Shown here: in pieces, positions 56,885 to 64,000 of the stretch
How the letters are laid out: each line of letters begins with the position of its first letter
How positions within the stretch are numbered: position 1 is the stretch's first letter
Assembly: GCA_951406725.2 (NCBI GenBank)
Contig: OX597816.1
Span: 92,008,001 to 92,072,000, forward strand
Direction of reading: 5' to 3'
Origin: Octopus vulgaris
Lineage: Eukaryota
Length of the DNA stretch: 64,000 nucleotides
Program-made: the position numbers and the translations under genes
The notes under the pieces: generated by a model
Told to the model about the DNA's origin: nothing
The model's database searches: none
The model's input: only the letters and a program-made list of their open reading frames with translations

Positions 56885-57634
56885 TATATATATAATACTT
56901 ATAAACTAAGAACTTGTTGAATCGAACACCGAGTTTTTGATCATCAGATGATAGTTTTCGTTTCATTAAGAAATATATCTTTCATAGATGCTTTTGCGAT
57001 TGTTTTTCGGAAACGTGAAACTACAAGTGAAGTACTAAAGTTTTCAATTTATAATAACCAATGTAAACTCATAATGTTCACTTTGTAATATATTGTGCCA
57101 TTCTTATTATTATTCGTGTGATTCTTAGTGACTAGCGTATGTACATATGTGTGTATGTATGTGTGAATGTGTCTGTGTGCGTGTATGTCTCATTTAAACG
57201 TATATACATACGTACGTACGGATACATACAAACATTTAAACACACACACACACGCTCATGAATCTGCAATAACGGTTGGCCTATACTTCGGTGGGAATGT
57301 TTAATAAAACCGAAACATATATAGAGTTGTGTCACCGTACTGCTTAAAGATCACAACCACTCTCCACGGCATTCCAAAATTAACTAACTTTAATTAATCT
57401 AAATTTCAGAGTTATCACCCTTGCGTTCCTGTTTTACTAGAGAATCAGTTATTTAGGTATTGTTATTGTGAGTAAGCCTATAATGTTATTCAATTCAATT
57501 AATTAAAATATCTAGTTTATTACCGAAGATAATATAAGCATTTTATTAAATACTAGTGCACACACAGGTTTAGTGAAATATTCAAACTCTCAAGATTATT
57601 CAAATATACATGTAATATATATTCTAGAGAAGTA

Positions 57635-58092
57635 AAGGCGGCGAGCTGGCAGAACCGTTAACATACCGGATGAATTGCTTAGTGGCATTTCATCCGTCTT
57701 TACGTTCTGCTTTCAAATTCCGCCGAGGTCGACTTTGCGTTTCATTCCTTTTGATCGATAAAATAAATACTTATTTCTTTATTACCCACAAGGGGCTAAA
57801 CATAGAGGGGACAAACAAGGAAAGACATAGGTATTAAGTCGATTACATCTACCCCAGTGCGTAACTGGTACTTAATTTATCGAGCCCGAAAGGATAAAAG
57901 GCAAAGTCGACCTCGGCGGAATTTGAACTCAGAACGCAGCGGGGACGAAATACTGCAAAGCATTTTGCCCGGCGTGCTAACGATTCTGCCAGCTCGCCGC
58001 CTTTAATAAAATAAATACCAGTTGAACACTGGGGTCGCTGTAATCGACGTACACCCTAATTCCTGGCCTTGTGCCAAAAATTGAAACCAATA
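57635..58092. mobile_element. SINE B (+) with a full B2 copy (-; 57771-58005) nested inside
   Basis: The 13-bp duplication ATAAAATAAATAC at 57758-57770 and 58006-58018 flanks the inner copy. Confidence 0.9.
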
Positions 58093-58269
58093 TTTATTAT
58101 TAGATAGTATATATAAAAAAGCTGAAAAAATTTAGAAAGTAATATCGAGAAGAGAAATAGGAGAATGAAAGTGTGTGTATGTGCGAGTGTGTGTGTGTGT
58201 GTGTGTGCATGCGTGTGGGTATGCGTGAGAGAAAAGGAAAAGGAGAGGATTTTTGAGAAATAGATAGAC

Positions 58270-58304
<35 letters not shown>

Positions 58305-58463
58305 GAGTTAGTGAGGGATGGAGTGTTGAAACAGGCCGAACAAAAAGCTCTGGAATTTGAGAGAGAGAGAGAGAGATGAATGCAAAAAAAAGCAAACATG
58401 AACGAGAAAACCAAAAAATTAAAATAAACGGAACATAATGCATCAACATTTTTAAAAGATAAC

Positions 58464-58503
<40 letters not shown>

Positions 58504-58553
58504 AGAATGTGTGTGTGCTCGGTCGCTCGCACGCGCTCATGTGTGTGAGAGAG

Positions 58554-58591
<38 letters not shown>

Positions 58592-58746
58592 TGTGTGTGT
58601 CAGAGAGAGAGAGAGAGAGAGATGTTTTATATTGTCTAATTCATTTCTTCTCTCCATCACCCTAACTTTCTTCCTCTCTGCACATACAAATACACGCGCG
58701 TATACACACACACGTTCCCATGTACACATACATCCACATACAAACG

Positions 58747-58820
<74 letters not shown>

Positions 58821-59284
58821 TGTGTGTGTGTGTATAATAATGCATGTATGAGATAGAAAGAAAGCGGAAAGCAGAGGTAGAAAGTGAAAGAACGAAGAAG
58901 ATAGAGCGAAGATGACAGACGTTCGAAAAGAGAAAGTAAATTGGTTGAAACTAAGGAGAGAATATGTCGACTTAGTGTATGTACACAAAATAACGAACGT
59001 AACGTATTTATTGTGGTCAGTAAATAATTATAAATAGTACATTTGTGAGACTATCCATGATATTTTGATTAGAAAACTTACACACATCTCTGATCGATAA
59101 CCACTTACTCTGCTTGTCTAATCGATACCATTCATATTCACTCTTTCTCTGCAAAGAAACTTAGACACAGGCATAATGAAAAAAAGAAAAGTAAAAAGAA
59201 CGGAAGGAAAAAAACCCCCTGAAAAATGTCTCTCAATTTCGAAAATTTGTACAATATACGGACGGGACTGTATTATTAAATTTT

Positions 59285-59885
59285 TCTAGTATAAGCACAC
59301 GACATGATATCTTTGGGGAGGATATAGTAAATTACATCGATATCAATGCCCAACTATTATTTAATTTATTGACGCCGAAAGGTCCAACTTCGGCAGAATA
59401 TGTACTTCGAAGGTAAAGACGGACGAAATCCCAATAAGCACTTTGTTCGGCGTGCCTCATGATTCTGTCAGCGAACTGCCTTCAGAATATATTATTAATC
59501 CTTTCTACTATAGGCACAGGGCCTGAAATTTTTGGGGAGGAGACTATTTGATTACATTGACTCCAGTGTTTCACTGATACTTAATTTATCGACCCCGAAA
59601 GGAAGGATGGCAAAGTCGACCTCGGCGGAATTTGAACTCGGAATGTACCGCTAAGCATTTCGTCCACCGCGCTAACGATTCTGCCAGCTCGCCGCCTTAG
59701 GATGTAATATTTATGACATAGGATATATCCTGATGACTTTTAAATAATTGTGTCTAACAGTATTAATTGATTCAGGGAATGATCAAAAGCAAAGGTGGCC
59801 TCGTGAAGACTTGAACTCAGATCATAAACAGTCAGAACAAATACCGCAACAATTATTTTCCAACTTCCCAAGGATTCTGCCAATC
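59285..59885 (-). mobile_element. Same-orientation stack of three SINE family B copies (best 59497-59698)
   Basis: Head motif GATTCTGyCA at ~59461, ~59677 and ~59873. Confidence 0.78.
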
Positions 59886-60878
59886 CGTGCACGAACACAC
59901 ACGCGCGCGCGCATGCTCAGAGTGATAATCATATATTCAACCTGTCAAGATTGGAGTCATTGAACTTCATATGTATATATATATATACATACACATACGT
60001 ATATATAGTATAGCTAATGGACCATTAATTGTAAATACATCGCAACTATTTGTTATAGACAATTTGCTATTTCATTTTGCCTTACTTAGAGTGCGGCAAT
60101 GAGGGGGCCGGGCGCACAAGTGGACCATTGAGGTGTTTTCTGTGGGATCTTATGTATAGAGATTTCAAATTTTATGTATTTGTGGGTCACTTAGTAGTTC
60201 ATGGCTCTAAGATAATCTTTTATATCACGATTAGTTTAATCTATGTTTACTTAAACATCGCCCGTGATGAAAATAAGGGAATATGCAGAGATATTTTTGT
60301 TATGTAAGATGTGATATAGAATATCAGTAGGCCATGGGGAAATGTAAGAAAAAATGAACCATTACGACAAGAAGTTACTGACAAGTGGTCTTGGGAAAAC
60401 ATTAACCGAATTGCTAAGGAAAATACTATAATTACGCCCATGCTCGATAACCTCTCGCTCTTTCTCTCTCTTCCCCTCACTCCCCCCTCTCTCTCTCTCC
60501 CTTCTCCCACTTTCCCATTCTTTCCTCCCTTTCCTCCCTTCCTCTCAACATACACTGAAATTAATCCTATAAATTCGAGATATTTGGAAGTTTGTTTGAA
60601 ATTCCTTAGTAACTCGCGGGCCCCTAAAAGGTCGTTCTATTTACAATCGTTTCAGTCAAATATCCTTTATATTAAACCCTATCATCTTGAAAATCAAGTG
60701 TCATCCCAGGTACCAGTAAAGGGCTGGACGATCACTGGCAGAAACACAATCCTCAACCGGAACTGCACACGGAACAATGAATTGTCAGGATTGTAGCTAC
60801 ACGTAAAGCCCGTTGGAGCTGAAGACTTTTATTTTCATATTGTACTAATATTATTAATCTTTGGTTATTCTATGATAC

Positions 60879-60928
<50 letters not shown>

Positions 60929-61282
60929 TATATGTATATATGTATGTATGTATGTATACACATATGTATGTATATATTTAAATACATATATGTCAGTTAC
61001 AAGTTAAAATGAGAGTGAACACCACAAACAATTAAGCTGTACACGCTAGTTTATAATTGTCTTCACCAACTCGTATATCATAAAAAGTGATTGCTGTATG
61101 AAAACATAGTGTAGAATTGTTACTTAGGGGGAAGAGCAATCAGCAATATACGGACGGCTCGTTTATCAAACAATAATTGGGACACTAAAGTATAGCATTG
61201 ACTTCATGCTGTGTATCATGATAAAGACTGAGTTCATCGCTTTATAGCTCTAAAATATTCCCTACTATAATATATTCTGTTA

Positions 61283-61440
61283 GTGGCTGTGCGGTAAGTA
61301 GCTTGCTTACCAGCCACATGGTTCCGGGTTCAGTCTCACTGCGTGGCACCTTGGGCAAGTGTCTTCTACTATAGCCTTGGGCCGACCAAAGCCTTGTGAG
61401 TGGATTTGGTAGACTGAAGCTGAAAGAAGCCCGTTGTATA
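61283..61440 (+). mobile_element. SINE family A, 5' half (left arm of inverted pair)
   Basis: GTGGCTGTGCGGTAAGTAGCTTGCTTACCAGCC...GAAAGAAGCCCGTTGTATA. Confidence 0.9.
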
Positions 61441-61457
61441 TAAATATACAACGATCA

Positions 61458-61747
61458 CTTTTGTCGAACCGCTAAGTTACAGGGACGTAAACACACTAGC
61501 ATCGGTTGTCAAGTGATGTTGGGGAGACAAACACAAACACACAAGCATATACAGGCACACACATATACATATATACATATATACAACGGGCTTCCTTCAG
61601 TTTCCGTCTACCAAATCCACTCACAAGGCTTTGGTCGAACCGAGGCAATAGTAGAAGATACTTGCCCAAGGTGCCACGCAATGGGACTGAACCCGGAACC
61701 ATGTGGCTGGTAAGCAAGCTACGTACTACAGAGCCACTCCTACGCCT
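61458..61747 (-). mobile_element. SINE family A, 3'-truncated (right arm of inverted pair)
   Basis: Reverse match to 3837-4203. Confidence 0.9.
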
Positions 61748-61949
61748 AGTAAAAACTAACTAGATACACATAGCAAAAACTAACTAGATACATTAATCAC
61801 ATCCACATGTATACATGTATATTAAAAACTAAGTAATTAACATCTATGGTAGTAGCCTTACACGTTGGAATAATGATGTGTTAATAATGCAGGAGACACA
61901 TCAGATACTTTTGCCGTTATTACAAAGGGTAGGAATGTATACTAATGCT

Positions 61950-62640
61950 GCTCTCCATCTTTCTCGTAACTTGAGTTTATATACGGTCTCGCCAATCGGC
62001 AGAGCTTTTCAACGTTACCCAAAACGAGAAGTCCAGTGATCTGTCAAAGAGAATTACAGCATACAAATGACGGTGCTCTTGTCGCTCATACGTCACAGAT
62101 ATTACAGAAAATCCTTGAAGCGTTCTTCGCAGCATCTAAAATTTTAGATTCCAAGATAAACGTAAAATGGTTTCAAAGTTTATGATATTATAGTGAAAAC
62201 TGTACAATACTTTATGTGTACTGTCAGTACAATACCGAAAGATTGATGTCTTGACATAGAGCTACAAAACGAGAATAGCAAAAGGTTGTACAAAGTTTGG
62301 ATGCTTTGATTATGGCTATGGAACAGTTATATTTCTACAAGAACCAAATGCAAAGACATTGGGCAAGAATCAAGTGAAGAGGATCCATGTCTTTGTGATG
62401 CGACACCTACATCCAGTCATGGAAATCTCTTAGAGTGACATGATTCTCAGCAGTGAAATAAAAGAGTGGGAAGGATTATCATGCTGGAAGATTTGGATGA
62501 CCACAAGAAGAAAACCTATGTCAGATGTAGCAACTCATCTGGAAGATTACCCGAGCGCAAAACTATTTTAAGAGCTATGGAAGCATAATTGACCCGCCTT
62601 CTAAAGAATGGGATATAAATTTTAATGTCATGGTCATACG
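61950..62640 (+). mobile_element. Decayed RTE-clade LINE reverse transcriptase remnant
   Basis: From 62048 the frame reads RELQHTNDGALVAHTSQILQKILEAFFAASKILDSKINVK (cf. RELLYADDAALVAH..LQ..LD.F..A...FGL.IN..K). Later KRIHVFVMRHLHPVMEIS*SDMILSSEI and GRLPE resemble the RTE RT C-terminus. Ends approximate. Confidence 0.75.
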
Positions 62641-63295
62641 TACTCCATCAAAGAAACTCAATGAGTGATCGCGGTTAAATAACTATGAAAGCAATCATAA
62701 TCGCTAGCGACCGACAAAATCAGCAAATGAATACATACATACATACACACACACACACATACACACACACACATACACACACACACATATATATATATAT
62801 TAATAATGTATACGCATATTTGCATAAAAACACAAACACATATACATGTACATACAAATTGTATTGGTTCATACAAACACTCAAGTACACACCACACAGA
62901 TACAGGCACAGATACACACACACACTCACACACACATTTACGCACACACATACACACAATAGTATAAATATGTATTTTATTGATGCTATTATATTCTCGT
63001 ACAATGACTTACAATCAAGCAGATGTGTCTAAAAAAACAATATATAATTGAGGTTGGCGGCACGCAGCGCTTGTAAAGCAAGCTTAAATAAGAACGCTTA
63101 ATTCTGCAAACCGTTATCAAAGGCGTTTAATATATTCGGAGCCACCAGGCAAGCTTCTATGTTTGAAATTCTACGAATATTTTATAGCAGACACCGTAGT
63201 GGGATTATACACCATCATGTGTGAAAGTAAATATTTTCAACTTTCTATAATCTTTGTTTAATTTTTAGGGTATTTTTTGCCTTATTACATATTTT

Positions 63296-64000
63296 ATGAT
63301 CATGTCACTAACCGAAGAACAACAGCCAACTGCAACTGGCCAATATAACAAGGCGAACGAATTACCAACAATAATAAATAATGGAAATGGACGGTATATG
63401 ACTACATCAAATTATTTACCATGGAAACCATGTATGAATCCAATTAGAGATATAGAAAATGGTATTGGTAAAACATGTCAGCTTAATAGCATGGAAGCTT
63501 TCCTTGTGCCTCCTACATATCGATGTGTCCGAAATCCTTTACACACTCGAAATACCATCTGCGAATGGGACAGTGCTAATCACACTAATTTTTATCTTTT
63601 GGATTCTCTTCTTGAGAAAGATAAAGCAGCAATTACTGAAAATAGAAGATCATGTAAAGAGGCTGATGATAAAGCTCGTTGGGAACAAAAAGAGAGCACG
63701 CTTGGTTTGGGAAAGCGCATCTCTGAAGTAATATTTTGGAGGAACCAGATTTTTGCAGAAGCTGATAAAATGCTGAACGAATCAAAAGCCTTAAACGACA
63801 CCAGAGCTTTGCTTGAAGAACTAAGAGAACTACTTGAAGAAACGCTCAAAGTTGATCGGGATTGCTTGTATCTTAGAGATAAAAGAGAGAAAATGGATCT
63901 TGCCCATGATTTTCTCGAAAAATTGTTAGTTAGCGAAGTTGATTTGATACTGGATTTGAAGGGTAAAATTCAAGGCGAGTTGGACATGATTGCCAATCAG
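63296..64000 (+). CDS. TEKT3: Tektin, tektin-3/5-like, 5' part of coding sequence (runs off window end)
   Basis: Open frame from ATG 63296 (in-frame ATG 63302) to 64000 with no stop: MSLTEEQ...YLPWKP...VPPTYRCVRNPLHTRNTICEWDSANHTNF...LGKRISEVIFWRNQIFAEADKMLNESKALNDTRALLE...LKVDRDCLYLRDKREKMDLAHDFLEKLLVSEVDLIL. This matches tektin motifs LGERxxDIxFW and ECLxxREKRxGIDLVHDxVE. The N-terminal PW(R/K)P and ..LxTRxT..xW..xN pattern suggests the tektin-3/5 clade. Candidate acceptor tttttag at 63262-63268. Paralog assignment is less certain than the family. Confidence 0.9.
   Translation, partial: MIMSLTEEQQPTATGQYNKANELPTIINNGNGRYMTTSNYLPWKPCMNPIRDIENGIGKTCQLNSMEAFLVPPTYRCVRNPLHTRNTICEWDSANHTNFYLLDSLLEKDKAAITENRRSCKEADDKARWEQKESTLGLGKRISEVIFWRNQIFAEADKMLNESKALNDTRALLEELRELLEETLKVDRDCLYLRDKREKMDLAHDFLEKLLVSEVDLILDLKGKIQGELDMIANQ

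Noticed and set aside
63040-63230. RFX X-box expected upstream of a ciliary gene
   Set aside because: No good GTTGCCATGGCAAC-type match is visible.
63227-63268. Possible 42-bp intron linking ATG 63217 to the tektin exon
   Set aside because: Splicing would put that ATG out of frame with tektin, and the intron is very short.
63459-63849. ORFs 63459-63731 (+) and 63592-63849 (-)
   Set aside because: Alternative-frame and antisense shadows of the tektin frame.

Overview
AT-rich, microsatellite-saturated eukaryotic DNA. The SINE families and (TA)n/(CA)n/(TCTA)n/(AAT)n load point to an octopus (cephalopod) genome, which is an inference. Nearly every ORF in the supplied track is a microsatellite or SINE artefact. 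The only convincing protein-coding sequence is a divergent tektin (tektin-3/5-like) reading frame from 63296/63302 that runs off the window end and is missing from the ORF track. The rest is mobile-element debris: two abundant tRNA-type SINE families (one forming fixed-junction dimers), a third dispersed repeat, decayed CR1/L2-type and RTE-type LINE reverse-transcriptase remnants, four MITEs (Tigger/pogo-like, Tc1/mariner-like, hAT-like, and one wrapping telomere repeats) and a tRNA pseudogene. The most notable signal is a set of short Penelope-like terminal-repeat fragments, mostly sitting in (TA)n tracts, that carry hammerhead-ribozyme folds. Several have recurrent non-canonical cores (U4C, A6U). 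One, at 39894-39953, has a canonical core but a strand order that is not a circular permutation of the known hammerhead types (pseudoknotted). All structures were read by eye and none was computed or tested.
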